DNA of 64,000 nt from NCBI GenBank assembly GCA_002269645.1, contig NIVC01001422.1:62001-126000 (forward strand). Direction: 5' to 3'. Origin of the DNA: Macrostomum lignano. Its lineage: Eukaryota. Below the pieces are notes generated by a model. That model searched no databases. It had not been told where the DNA came from and was given only the letters and a program-made list of their open reading frames with translations. The position numbers were made by a program, and so were the translations under genes. Positions 24,690 through 37,084 of this stretch are shown here, one piece after another. Numbering within the stretch: the first letter of the stretch is position 1; each line of letters starts with the position of its first letter.

Positions 24690-25145
24690 GACACTGAGGT
24701 GCTGAATTCAAGTCTAGGGTGCTAACCTACTGGAGTGCTAAATTTCTGTATTATGGATTGCTAATTATCGAGGTGGAGTGCTAACTATCGATTTGGAGTG
24801 CTAATTATCTATCTACAGTGCTAATTATCTATCTGAAGTGCTAATTATCGAGGTGGAGTGCTAACTATCGATTTGGAGTGCTAATTATCGATCTTGAGTG
24901 CTAATTATCGATCTTGAGTGCTAATTATCGATCTTGAGTGCTAATTATCGATCTGGAGTGCTAATTATCTATCTACAGTGCTAATTATCTATCTGAAGTG
25001 CTAATTATCTATCTGAAGTGCTAATTATCGATCTGAAGTGCTAATTATCTATCTGAAGTGCTAATTAACTATCTGAAGTGCTAATTATCGATCTGAAGTG
25101 CTAATTATCGATCTGGAGTGCTAATTATCGATCTGGAGTGCTAAC
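24690..25145. repeat. 20-bp minisatellite GGAGTGCTAATTATCGATCT
   Basis: About 20 copies. Confidence 0.95.
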
Positions 25146-25959
25146 CTCTCTTAAAAGAAGTATCAATACAGTTATGCGACTGGTGTGTATCATAGTCGAT
25201 TCTAAAAAGAGACCCAGCCGATCTGGGTTTGAACCTTAGCGTCACTGCCTTCATTTGGGATTGCATTGCATATCGTTAGTCTGCATATCATCCCCTGTTC
25301 GCTCGCTTGCACTCGCAGATAGGCTATACATGTCTAGCTATATGAGCCCTTCTCGCATTTACGATTATCAAATCCCCGTGCGCCTGTTTTCGCCTGTCTC
25401 TGCGCGCCCACGGTGGCCGGAGACATTAGCGGAGATGTGTTGTTGCCTCTGCGCTAAGCCGGGGCCTGGGAACTGGGAACTGGGCGGCTTTGCAGACAGC
25501 TGTGATCACCTCGAATCCCTTTCTCCGCCTGTTATATGCGCACTACTGGCGGTGCAGCCGCCCCTCAGTCTGGAAGCTGCGGGCGCTCGACTAAAAACAC
25601 TATGGAGGAAGGGGAAGGGGCAGAGAAAGCGGGTGTGTGTGTCCAGACTGGCCTAGTTCTGGAGTTGGGTTTCTCTTCTCGAACCGGAAATTGGAAAATC
25701 CTCGTGTCGCCCTGTCCCCGCCAGCTACTTGCATGCGAGCTGAGCTTCTTCGCGAGTCTATTATTCGAAATTTGGGCCCTACTTATGGGACTAGATGGAA
25801 GCTGTACTTTATAGTTCCTTTCAATTTTGGCTACTTGTATTTGCACCTGATTCTGAGTGATGAAGGGCCCGAAACTGATTAGCTTTGGGCCTCTTCAGCT
25901 CTCACGGACGGCCTGAGGAGTCTAATGATCGCCTGGGCACTCCATCTGATTGACTGGTC

Positions 25960-26230
25960 ACTCTAATGACCAGTCGGAGCACTCTCCAATTACCAGTCTG
26001 AGCACTCTCTAATTACCAGTCTGAGCACTCTCTAATTACCAGTCTGAGCACTCTCTAATCACCAGTATGAGCACTCTCTAATCACCAGTCTGAGCACTCT
26101 CTAATCACCAGTCTGAGAACTCTCTAATCATCAGTCTGAGTACTCTCTAATCACCAGTCTGAGCACGATCTCTAATGATAAGCCTGAGCACTCCCTTACA
26201 ATCTGAGCACTCTCTTACAGCCTGAACACT
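25960..26230. repeat. 23-bp minisatellite TACCAGTCTGAGCACTCTCTAAT
   Basis: Period 23 (25991 vs 26014). Confidence 0.9.
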
Positions 26231-26934
26231 CCCTAATGACCGGTCTGAATGCTCCCTGGCTGACCATGAGAGCACCTTTGCCTGATTAAGTAAATTTTGT
26301 GCCAAATTGTGTACTCAAACGCTATTGAGTAGTCTCGTGATTATCCTTTGCCGCTAATTTGCCATTTGCGCCACTCTGTGGCCCTGATTTCGAACCCCGC
26401 CTTTCCATTTGAAATTCGAGGCTGCATCTCATCGTCTAGGATTAAAGCAATGAGCCATCAAAACGCGTGCAAATCTGATTGGATTCTGATTCTGATCTGA
26501 TTTTTTACTCTAAGTGGACGGCTATGGTAGTTGTTAGACTTTCTGAATCTGAGAGCACCATCTTCTAGCTGAGGTTATAGTTTCTCTTAAAAATCAAATG
26601 CATTTTGCAATCTGACCTCGATGCATTTGCCTGAGATTAATCCCTTCCTTGCCTTGGTTCGAATCACATCAGATATGAGATAGATCAGGTATCGAGTAAA
26701 GCTCGAATTGCTTTTCAATCTGTTATCGGAACCGAAATTTCTAGACACAATGGCGCGGTCCAGTTCGTGGGTGGGTATCTCGTGAAAGTCTATGGCTAAC
26801 ATCGGCTTCGCTAATGTGCTCTGATTCGGCGATGTATAGTTAACGCTTTTCATAGTCTATGGCCTAAAGGGGGTATATAGAACAACCAATCTGAGAATTC
26901 GGGGAATTTGATCTATATAGACTAATACATGTAG

Positions 26935-27195
26935 TCTGCCCTAATGGGCCAGGTGTGCAACCGACAGCTCTATTGCGCGGCGCATCTGAAGGCTGCGTAC
27001 GGCTGTTCAGTCCAAGGACTGGGGGGTCGCCACACAGCCTCAATTACTCCAGCTAATGCTGGCACTCATTTTACAGCTGGGAGAACTGAAGCAATGCAGA
27101 GTTAATTGTCTTGCTCAAATTTTTGGGAGTGGGATCGGGAATCGAACCCCCGACCTTCAAGTCGCGAGTCCAACCTAAACCCTAGGCTACAACCC
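26935..27195 (-). mobile_element. tRNA-derived SINE with a Nin/Deu-like central domain
   Basis: Minus strand reads TAGCCTAGGGTTTAGG (A box) ..GGTTCGATTCCCG (B box), then TTGAGCAAGACA..TGCTTCAGTTCTCCCAGCTGTAAAATGAGTGCC, resembling the conserved invertebrate SINE core. Domain name is from recall. Confidence 0.65.
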
Positions 27196-27840
27196 ACTTC
27201 CTTAGGAACCTAAACGGAAAAGAAGAGCCGTCATTATCTCTTGTTAAGTAATAAAATTTCAAAATTTCAATTTTAGCTGGCAAAGAGTTTCAGGCACATA
27301 ATGCCCTTTATTACCGTTTAGGAACTTCATTTCTGACATTGTGTGCCGATTTAATACAAATTTATATTTGCTTAAGTGTTTTTCTGTTTTTTTTCTTGAA
27401 CCAAACACCTTCAGCATTTACAAATGTGCAATATGGACAAATATAAATGTAATACTTTACATTAAGAACACTAATGCAAGTTTATAACAATACAATCTGC
27501 TTTGAACAGCCCCGATTGCGTTCAATTATTCAAGATTTAAGGATCAAATCCAGTGCTGCAGTGAGGACTTGACAGACAAAATAGACAGGGTTATGCTGAA
27601 CATTTTCACATTAATCGTCTCTCTTTGACAGTAGAACTCGGAAATGGGTTTATTTATTTACCTCAAATTATCTCACGAGGAACCTCAGACGATTCTGCTT
27701 CCTGTTGATGAAGCTAACAGAATAAAGCTTCATTAACAAAGGGTTACCTTGGATACGGGCAAGTTTTTTATCTATAAAAATCAGTCGGTCAAGCGCCGTC
27801 CGCTCTCTGATTGGCCAATCGCTCTCAGCCAATCAGCGCG

Positions 27841-29244
27841 CTACAAGCCGGTGGCGGAGGCGGCTGCGGCTGTTGGTCGTCGCTGACTTCCGCAGCCGCC
27901 GGTCATTTCGCCGACGCCGCTGACGCCGCTGACGCCGCCGCCAGTGGTCGCGCCTCGGTGCCCCTGACGCCGTCCGCCGTGACAAAAGATTCGGTTTAGA
28001 TCGTCGCGAAAGTTCTGATTCATGAAGCAGTAGATCAGCGGGTTCGTGGCGTGGGTCAGGTAGTACAGGTAGAACACCACGATGTGGAAGTCTACGAGGC
28101 CCTGCGACATCAGCGCGGCGGGCAGGAAGGTGCACACAAACACGATGGTGACTACGAACAGCATGGCCGCAGTCTTCAGGTTCTGCAGAGTGTCGCTGTC
28201 CTTAGTGAGCCGCAGCGACTTGCGCCGCCTCCTCAGCAGCTCCGTGGCCGACGTGGCATCGACGACGGCGTTGGCTGGCGCCGCCGCGTCCGGCAAAGCT
28301 TCGTCCGTTTTTTCTTCTCCTCCGTTGGGAATCTCCGGGTCTTCGCCCGGCTCGGCGAACCGAGCCGTCCGCCTGCCGCGCTGGCCACCGGCGGCCGGCT
28401 GGCTGGAAATCGACGCGTTCAGCAGTCGCCTGTCCTGCAGCTCGTTCGCCTCGTCCGGTTTCTTCTGCCTGCTCGGCTGTCGGTGGCCCTTCAGCTCGCG
28501 CCGCTTCCGCCGCATGGCCAGCACCGAGCGGTAGATGCTGATGTACAGCACGAACACCACCGCGATGCACACGCAGAATAGCGACACGTGCACCTTCTGG
28601 AACACGTGGAAGAAGGCTAGGCTGGCGTCCGAAATGTTGAGCTCAGATGAGGAGTTCAAACTCTTCATATCGTTGATCTCCTTGCAGAAGCCGTACTCGG
28701 CGTACTGCCAGGTCCGGTTGGGGCCGAACTGGTCCACCACTCCGCTGCAGAACGCGGAGGTGGTGACGCCCAGGGTGACCGCCAGGCTGCCCAGAGCCAG
28801 GACAATCGCCCTGGCCCTGGGGATGGTGATGGCCCGAAGGAACGGCCGGCAGATGCAGAAGTACCGATCAACAGCGATGGCCGTCATCAGCAGGCAGCTG
28901 AAGGGGAACTCGCTAGCGTTTAGCAGATAGTAGAGCTTGCACAGGAAGAAGTTCGTGCGAAACTTGACCGCCTCCATGCCGATGGTCATGGGGATGACCA
29001 GGACGCAGGCCACTGTGTCCGTGATGGCCAGCGACAAGATGAATATGTTGGCGGTCTGTCGGTCGCGCTTCTTTGAATACACGTACAGCACGACGCTGTT
29101 GCCCACGGAGCCGACCGCGATGATGGCCGCCATCACGGCGAAGGCGACATTGATCTGGAGCTCCGACACGCCCGACTGAGCCGACGACGGGGCCGCCGTG
29201 CCGTCTTCTGTTGCGTCGAGTTGTAGCGGGTCAACTGTCGACAT
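27841..29244 (-). CDS. Class A (rhodopsin-family) GPCR, probably a neuropeptide receptor (CCK/orexin-like group); single coding exon, 467 aa
   Basis: GN in TM1, LAITD in TM2, IAVDRY, long basic ICL3, KTAAMLF..F..LP in TM6, NPLIY..MNQNFR in TM7/H8; seven hydrophobic segments. Ligand cannot be assigned from sequence. Confidence 0.93.
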   Translation of the reverse strand: MSTVDPLQLDATEDGTAAPSSAQSGVSELQINVAFAVMAAIIAVGSVGNSVVLYVYSKKRDRQTANIFILSLAITDTVACVLVIPMTIGMEAVKFRTNFFLCKLYYLLNASEFPFSCLLMTAIAVDRYFCICRPFLRAITIPRARAIVLALGSLAVTLGVTTSAFCSGVVDQFGPNRTWQYAEYGFCKEINDMKSLNSSSELNISDASLAFFHVFQKVHVSLFCVCIAVVFVLYISIYRSVLAMRRKRRELKGHRQPSRQKKPDEANELQDRRLLNASISSQPAAGGQRGRRTARFAEPGEDPEIPNGGEEKTDEALPDAAAPANAVVDATSATELLRRRRKSLRLTKDSDTLQNLKTAAMLFVVTIVFVCTFLPAALMSQGLVDFHIVVFYLYYLTHATNPLIYCFMNQNFRDDLNRIFCHGGRRQGHRGATTGGGVSGVSGVGEMTGGCGSQRRPTAAAASATGL

Positions 29245-29374
29245 CCTTCAAAGCTGGGGAGTCTGGATTGGAAATGGGGTTTGGATGAGTTGCTTGTAAT
29301 TCAGCCAGCGGGTGTCTGGACACTCGCCAAGCTGTTGATCATCACAAGTTTCAGGACTGACGACTTTAACCAAC

Positions 29375-29760
29375 GGGACGAGTTTAATCCCTGACGAGTT
29401 TAAGCCCTGACGAGTTTAAGCCCTGACGAGTTTAATCCCTGACGAGTTTAAGCCCTGACGAGTTTAATCCCTGACGAGTTTAAGCCCTGACGAGTTTAAG
29501 CCCTGACGAGTTTAAGCCCTGACGAGTTTAAGCCCTGACGAGTTTAATCCCTGACGAGTTTAAGCCCTGACGAGTTTAAGCCCTGACGAGTTTAAGCCCT
29601 GACGAGTTTAAGCCCTGACGAGTTTAAGCCCTGACGAGTTTAATTCCTGACGAGTTTAATTCCTGACGAGTTTAAGCCCTGACGAGTTCAATTCCTGACG
29701 AGTTTAATCCCTAACGAATTTAAGCCCCCATGACGAGTTTAATCCCTGACGAGTTTAAGC
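29375..29760. repeat. 16-bp minisatellite GACGAGTTTAA(G/T)CCCT upstream of the GPCR start
   Basis: About 22 copies. Confidence 0.95.
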
Positions 29761-31719
29761 ATCGGCTCATTTAATCAACTCAACTCGATTCCAAAGTAGC
29801 TCAAATATCGCTTCAAGTTCAGATTAAAAACCAGATTAAAAACAAGCAATTTAAGTGCCCAAATCTGAATTCGATACTCATAGCAATTTTTTTCCAGCTA
29901 GTTTCAATTAAATGCCGACATTCGACCCCTCCCTCCAAGTGGCTCGGCAGGTGAAACAGGAGCTGAGATAAAAAAATTCAATCAGGGATTCTCCGCCCCT
30001 CTGATCAGCCGTACGCTATGCCAAGATTAACATCCGTCTCGCACGACTCTGGCCGTCTCGAGAGCGCGTCAACGACATCATCTTCATGGGCCACTCATCG
30101 CCCGCCAACCCTTTTCCTCTGCCTCGACCCTTCATCACTTCCCGGGCGCTCATTAGAGAGCGCGACCAGCTGCCGGGTGTCTGCGAGAGTCTCTGCAGAT
30201 AATGCGGGTGGAGGTTATTAATCCCTCTCTCTCCAGGGGCTACAAACTGATAGGACAGGGAGGGGACGGATCTGTAGATCAAGTCAATCTAGTTACAATT
30301 AACCAACTTAGCGGAATGTGTCTGGGAATGACCGTTATGGTTTCTGAGCACAGAAAGGACAAAGGAATCGAAGGGCAGCTCAAAAGTCACACACGAGAGT
30401 TGAAGTTCGCTGAGACCTTGACTCCTCTGTGCGGTTGACTGTTGATTTTGAGCAGGGTGGCGCATGGTTTGAGGATCCGTCTGAGCCAATATCCGCCCTC
30501 ACCCCAAACAACCCCAAATTTCTTGCTTTTTGCACAAGAGAACAGCACTTTCTCCGGTAGCTATTGCCTAGAAATTGTTTGACAAGAAATAACTTGTAGC
30601 TGCAGCCTTTTTTTGAGTCCGCTCTTAGCCTAGCGCGTACCTCATCGTAACTCAATAAAGCTGCATAAGAGAGGGGCCCTGATTAAAATCTGTCTCAAAA
30701 ACATTCATTGTACTCGCACACTAGGCTGTTACTATTGCATTCAAATTAGGTAACAATTCACTGCTCGATCGGTTATGAAAATTTTTTTTACCTGTCGAAT
30801 CGGGATGATCATCTCAAGGTCAATTCAAATCCTTCCAGGTCAAGCATTTGCATCCGATATGTATCGTAAATAACTTTTTACGTTGTGGATTTAAAAATTG
30901 ACAAAAAACTAGCCAAAGATTGGGACTCGAACCAACGCCCGCTAAAAGCAGAGAGAGGTGATCATATTAACTACTAACTAGAAGTTCAGTCACTCAATCA
31001 CTTGGCTGAGGTTTGTTTCAAGTTTTTCCTAGAAGTCTAGTGGAAGAGTACGTTAGCAGGTCTTCGGGTCTCCGAGCGCGACGCCACTCAGATCCCCGAT
31101 TCTCACCTGAGCAAATCCCCAAGAAAACTGCACTCCCACTCAACACATTCTGATCCCGCCGAATTTTCCCGTCTAATAGCATCGAAAGTCAGACGGGGGT
31201 GGGGCTGGGGGGTCTTTTGCCTCCCACAACCCCCGAGCAACCGAAAATTGGGCTGAAGATTAATTCCCAGCCTCCTCCGCCCCCTCCAGCTTCATCCATC
31301 ATCTAACAGCTGGATTCGAACCCGACTCTTACTGAACTAGCCGCGAAATTCTGTCTCTCAGCTTATTAAATTCCCTCAAGATTTCAAAATTTCCCACGCA
31401 GCTCGAACCCCGAAGCGCTTAATCCGCTGCTGGAGTTCTGCTGACGCGCTCAAATTATGGAATAGCAGTTTTGCGAAATTGAAGAGCTGCCTTTTCTGCT
31501 TTCATTTTCCTTGGGCTTCTGTCGTGCCGAGATGAGCCCCGGCACCCGTCTCTGGCTTGTTGGAGAGCGGAGCTGGCACTTCATGCGTTTCCGCCGCTGT
31601 CTCCATTCTTCCATGTCCCTTCGAGCGCTTTCTTTCTCCCCGTATCACTGTCTTGTGCGTATGGTGCACTGTCTTGAGTACCCTTTTTTCTGCCCCTTCT
31701 CTCATCTCTGCCCCCCCCA

Positions 31720-32400
31720 CTCTCCCTCTCCCCCACATCCCTCTCTCCCTCTCTCCCTCTCTCCATATCTGCTTATCTCCTTCTCTCCCTCTCTCCATAT
31801 CTCCTTATCTCCCTCTCTCCTTCTCTCCCTCTCTCCATATCTCCTTATCTCCCTCTCTCCCTCTCTCCCTCTCTCCATATCTCCTTATCTCCTTCTCTCC
31901 CTCTCTCCATATCTCCTTATCTCCCTCTCTCCTTCTCTCCCTCTCTCCATATCTCCTTATCTCCCTCTCTCCCTCTCTCCCTCTCTGCATATCTCCTTAT
32001 CTCCTTCTCTCCCTCTCTCCATATCTCCTTATCCCCCTCTCTCCCTCTCCCTTTCTCCTTCTCTCCATATCTCCTTATCTCCCTCTCTCCTCTCTCCATA
32101 TCTCCTTGTCTCCCTCTCTCCTTCTCTCCATATCTCCTTATCTCCCTCTCTCCTCTCTCCATATCTCCTTATCTCCCTCTCTCCTCTCTCCATATCTCCT
32201 TGTCTCCCTCTCTCCTTCTCTCCTTATCTCCTTATCTCCCTCTCTCCCTCTCCCTTTCTCCTTCTCTCCATATCTCCCTATCTCCGTCTCTCCCTCTCTC
32301 TCCCCCTTCCCCTCTCTCCCTTTCTCCCTCACTCCCTCCTTCCATATCTCCCTCTCTCTCTTTCCCTCTCTCCCTCTCTCCTTCTCTCCCTCTCTCTCTG
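31720..32400. repeat. CT-rich low-complexity tandem repeat
   Basis: CTCTCCATATCTCCTTATCTCC-type units. Confidence 0.9.
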
Positions 32401-32819
32401 CCCATTTCACTATCATTAAGGAAGCATATTAAGCTAAAATGGCTAAAGAATATCGCATTGCATCCTCCTATTCGCAGGATAAATTTTGAAAAAGTACAGC
32501 GAGAAAATATTTAACCTACGAAGCCGATTTCACACCGCACACGCTTGAAGTAGAAATTTTCAATTGGAAAATTTTTTTAATTCTTCACAGCCATTTCTGG
32601 GTGCAGTTGAACACGTTTTGTTGTTTTGTTTCACTGACAGGGAAGGCTGTCAGAGAGAATGTATTGGGTGAAACTGAGGCCATATGAAGGCTTTGTAGAG
32701 CTGTTGGGAGAAAGCAAGACGCACGAGGCAACAGTTGAAGGGAAGTTTCAATGTATCGAGATGGCATTTGGCTTGCCTACAAATTCGCTTGCAAAAATTA
32801 TCTTCCAATAAAAGATGGG

Positions 32820-33700
32820 AGAGAGACAGACAGAAGGGTAGAGGAAGACAGACAGATGGGTAGAGGGAGACAGAGGGTTATATGGAGACAGACAGAGAGT
32901 TAGAAGGAGACAGACAGAGGGTTAGAGGGAGACAGACAGAGGTTAGAGGGAGACAGACAGAGGTTAGAGGGAGACAGAGGGTTAGAAGGAGACAGACAGA
33001 GGTTAGAGGGAGACAAACAGAGGTTAGAGGGAGACAGACAGAGGTTAGAGGGAGACAGACAGAGGTTAGAGGGAGACAGACAGAGGTTAGAGGGAGACAG
33101 AGGGTTAGAAGGAGACAGACAGAGGTTAGAGGGAGACAAACAGAGGTTAGAGGGAGACAGACAGAGGTTAGAGGGAGACAGAGGGTTAGAAGGAGACAGA
33201 CAGAGGTTAGAGGGAGACAGACAGAGGTTAGAGGGAGACAGAGGGTTAGAAGGAGACAGACAGAGGTTAGAGGGAGACAAACAGAGGTTAGAGGGAGACA
33301 GACAGAGGGTTAGAGGGAGACGGACAGAGGGGTAGAGGGAGACAGAGAGGGGTAGAGGGAGACAGACAGAGGTTAGAGGGAGACAGAAGGTTAGAAGGAG
33401 ACAGACAGAGGTTAGAGGGAGACAAACAGAGGTTAGAGGGAGACAGACAGAGGGTTAGAGGGAGACGGACAGAGGGGTAGAGGGAGACAGAGAGGGGTAG
33501 AGGGAGACAGACAGAGGTTAGAGGGAGACAGAAGGTTAGAAGGAGACAGACAGAGGTTAGAGGGAGACAAACAGAGGTTAGAGGGAGACAGACAGAGGGT
33601 TAGAGGGAGACGGACAGAGGGGTAGAGGGAGACAGACAGAGGGGTAGAGGGAGACAGACAGAGGGGTAGAGGGAGGCGGACAGGGGTATAAGGAGAGTCC
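32820..33700. repeat. 21-bp GA-rich minisatellite GACAGACAGAGGTTAGAGGGA
   Basis: Direct reading. Confidence 0.95.
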
Positions 33701-34139
33701 TATGAGGCATGAAACAAAGACCTTAGCAACAAATCCCAACTGTGCAAAGATTCAACTCAGTCAACCTGAGCACCCTCTCCGCTTCCCATACCCATCATCG
33801 GAGAGGCTGGCATAAAAAGAAAATTTTATAGCCGAAAAAAATTGGCTAAATATTTGATGAAGGCAAGTTATCATCGGGATGAGTCCAGAGATGAGAATCT
33901 TACGGGCTGGTCGCATGTGGAGCGAAGGCTGTTGGAACCAATATATTGCTGCTTCTGTAGAAGCAGATCCGGGCAGAAGCCCTGATTAGAACTGCAGACT
34001 TCTCAATCCCTTTTTTGTCAGCTGGGAGTCCTGAATTTTTTATCTAGATATTTTTCCCAGTTTCTACCAATGTCTGCAATCGAGCGGCATCAGCAAGAAA
34101 AGTGCAAAATGGCTGACTGACCCAGCAATCCAATCTCAT

Positions 34140-34820
34140 TATGGATTCTGCAGATCTCACACTGCATTCTGCAGATCTCACACTGCATTCTGCAGATCTC
34201 ACACTTGGATTCTGCAGATCTAACAGAGCATTCTGCAGATCTCACACTGGATTCTACAGATCTCACACTGCATTCTGCAGATCTCACACTTGGATTCTGC
34301 AGATCTAACAGAGCATTCTGCCGATCTCACACTGCATTCTGCAGATCTCACACTGCATTCTGCAGATCTCACACTGCATTCTGCAGATCTCACACTGGAT
34401 TCTGCAGATCTCAAACTGCATTCTGCAGATCTCACACTTTGATTCTGCAGATCTCACACTGCATTCTGCAGATCTCACGCTGGATTCTGTAGATCTCACA
34501 CTTTCATTCTACAGATCTCACACTTTGATTATGCAGATCTCACACTGCATTCTGCAGATCTCACGCTGCATTCTGCAGATCTCACACAGCATTCTGCAGA
34601 TCTCACACAGCATTCTGCAGATCTCACACAGCATTCTGCAGATCTCACACAGCATTCTGCAGATCTCAAACTGCATTCTGCAGATCTCACGCTGGATTCT
34701 GTAGATCTCACTCTTTCATGATGCAGATCTCACGCTGGATTCTGTAGATCTCACTCTTTCATGATGCAGATCTCACACTGCATTCTGCAGATCTCACGCT
34801 GCATTCTGCATATCTCACAT
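34140..34820. repeat. 21/22-bp minisatellite GCAGATCTCACACTGCATTCT
   Basis: About 30 copies. Confidence 0.95.
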
Positions 34821-35329
34821 AGATTTACGACTATGAGCACTGGCTCAGCGGCTCGTGAGCAATGATCTCACAGCCCTGATCCGTTCCCAAATCGAGCTAA
34901 TTAATCATGTCGAATGCAAAAAAACATGGCAACCCCAGACTTAATAATAACAGTAAGCTTGTTGTCAGAAAATAGCTCTTAAGCTTTAGTCTCTGAGCTG
35001 CTCCACTAAGCTTGAGTAGTTGCAGATTAATTTTTTGAGGCATGGCCACATGGTCAGAAATATCAGATAATGTTTGTTAACTCCCTGATTACTCATTGGA
35101 AGACAGACAGACTGCACGCAAACACTCAGAGATTTTTTGCCAGCTGAAGAAGACACCGTCTAGTTTTCGAAAGGATTGGAGAAACCGCTTGTGAAAAATT
35201 GCTGTCAACAAGATCTGCAACAACTGCTGCAGACTTGCGCAGAAGAAAAGAAAACAACGATTGTTGCTTAGAAACAATGAATACAATGCGAAATGCTAGC
35301 AGCTATGGCATAATTCATTTAGTTTCAGG

Positions 35330-35900
35330 CTAATCTTTCAGGTAGCTTCAGGCTAATCTTTCAGGTAGCTTCAGGCTAATCTTTCGGGTAGCTTCAGGCT
35401 AATCTTTCAGGTAGCTTCAGGCTAATCTTCCAGGTAGCTTCAGGTAGCTACTACACTCTCATCTGATCCTTCAGGTAGCTACTACACTCTCATCTGATCC
35501 TTCAGGTAGCTACTACACTCTCATCTGATCCTTCAGGTAGCTACTACACTCTCATCTGATCCTTCAGGTAGCTACTACACTCTCTCATCTGATCCTTCAG
35601 GTAGCTGCTACACTCTCTCATCTGATCCTTCAGGTAGCTGCTACACTCTCATCTGATCCTTCAGGTAGCTACTACACTCTCATCTGATCCTTCAGGTAGC
35701 TACTACACTCTCATCTGATCCTTCAGGTAGCTACTACACTCTCATCTGATCCTTCAGGTAGCTACTACACTCTCATCTGATCCTTCAGGTAGCTACTACA
35801 CTCTCATCTGATCCTTCAGGTAGCTACTACACTCTCTCATCTGATCCTTCAGGTAGCTACTACACTCTCTCATCTGATCCTTCAGGTAGCTGCTACACTC
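35330..35900. repeat. 23-bp then 31-bp minisatellite sharing TTCAGGTAGCT
   Basis: TTCAGGTAGCTTCAGGCTAATCT followed by TTCAGGTAGCTACTACACTCTCATCTGATCC. Confidence 0.95.
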
Positions 35901-37084
35901 TGTTTTGCTGCATTCAATTCCTTCACCGGATCTCTGAATCCCGAAAGAAAAAAGTCCAGTTCTGCCGCGTGGCGAGAAGAGAAAGTTGAGTGGCCAGTAA
36001 CTGAGAGCAGGATTGGAGTTCAAGTTTTCCCGCAGAGTTCGCGGGTAAGCGAAGTTCAAGTTAATTTCTTTGGCCCGATCGCTGCCCCCCCCTCTCTTCT
36101 TTCTCACTTTCGGCTCTCGCTGATGGTTGATGACATTTCTCAGAAAATAGATTGGGTCCCCGGGGTCGGGCGCAGCAGATTACGCTAGAAGTGAAGAACG
36201 AAGCCGCTGGGTCTGGGAGAGCTTGAGTTTGGTGGCTTCCATCCGAGTTCGGGAAGTTGCAGAAGTCAAGGTTTGGTCTGTGCTTGCGGCTGTCGGGAGG
36301 TCAGGCCCGTATTCGTATGGAGAAGGGTCCTGCGTTCTCACTCCATTCGAGGCGAGCGTCGCCCCCGGGCCTCGGAAATGCTAGCTCGGAGTCCCTTCGG
36401 CTCAGTCTGATTAAAAATCAATAAATTCTCCCAGCTTATTCGAAGCCCTTGCCGTCCTTGCAACTGTCAGTCTGTCTGCGTGACTCTCATATTGAGACTC
36501 TCGCGTCTATTCAGTTAGAAAGTGCGTCGGCGACAGAGGCTCCGAGATGGTGCCGGTAATTGAGTGGCCTTTAGAAGTGCAAAAACTGTTATTGCTACTG
36601 ACAGACGAACTTTTCCTAGCCTTGTAGTCATTATGCTAATTAGTGCACGCTAACAAAGTACAAAAAGCAAATCAGATTTCAACTTACCGAATTCTGTTAT
36701 TTCCGAAGAACCAACTAGAGCTGAGTTGCGTCCGTCGGATCACTGTTTAGCTCAGCTCTATTGCTATTTATGTTAACAACCGAAGTCGCCTCTCATTGGC
36801 TGACTACCGCTGAATCCCTTCTGACTCCCTGCCATTGACTGTCGGCGAATCGAGATCGAGTTTCTCCATCCTAATTATCATAATTAATTAACCCGGATCT
36901 ATTGAGATCTTTCTATTTTATTCCAGCATAATAATTCATCAATATTGTTGGTAGCCAGAAAAAACATCCGGGGCTCGTCTAACAACCATGCGATGAACTG
37001 CATGCAGTCGCCACTCACCCAAACGCGACAATGACCATGCAGTCTGGTCGAGAGTATGACGCACAGCCCGTCATAGCAAACTGG

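Noticed and set aside
25857-25880. GTGATGAAGGGCCCGAAAC, a second hammerhead/PLE-end-like motif
   Set aside because: The conserved C3 is missing and I could not build stems I and III; at most a TE terminus remnant.
25255-25882. Overlapping 80-130-aa ORFs in a GC-richer island
   Set aside because: No recognisable domain, codon bias or splice partners.
27121-27195. Possible tRNA gene
   Set aside because: A and B boxes are present but there is no acceptor stem or cloverleaf, and it runs into a SINE body.
28051-29179. Antisense ORFs over the GPCR (and over syntenin, spondin and glycine-rich exons)
   Set aside because: Expected shadow frames of GC3-rich coding sequence.
29375-29760. CTGACGAG in every 16-bp unit resembles a hammerhead core
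   Set aside because: No GAAA half-core and no stems II or III.
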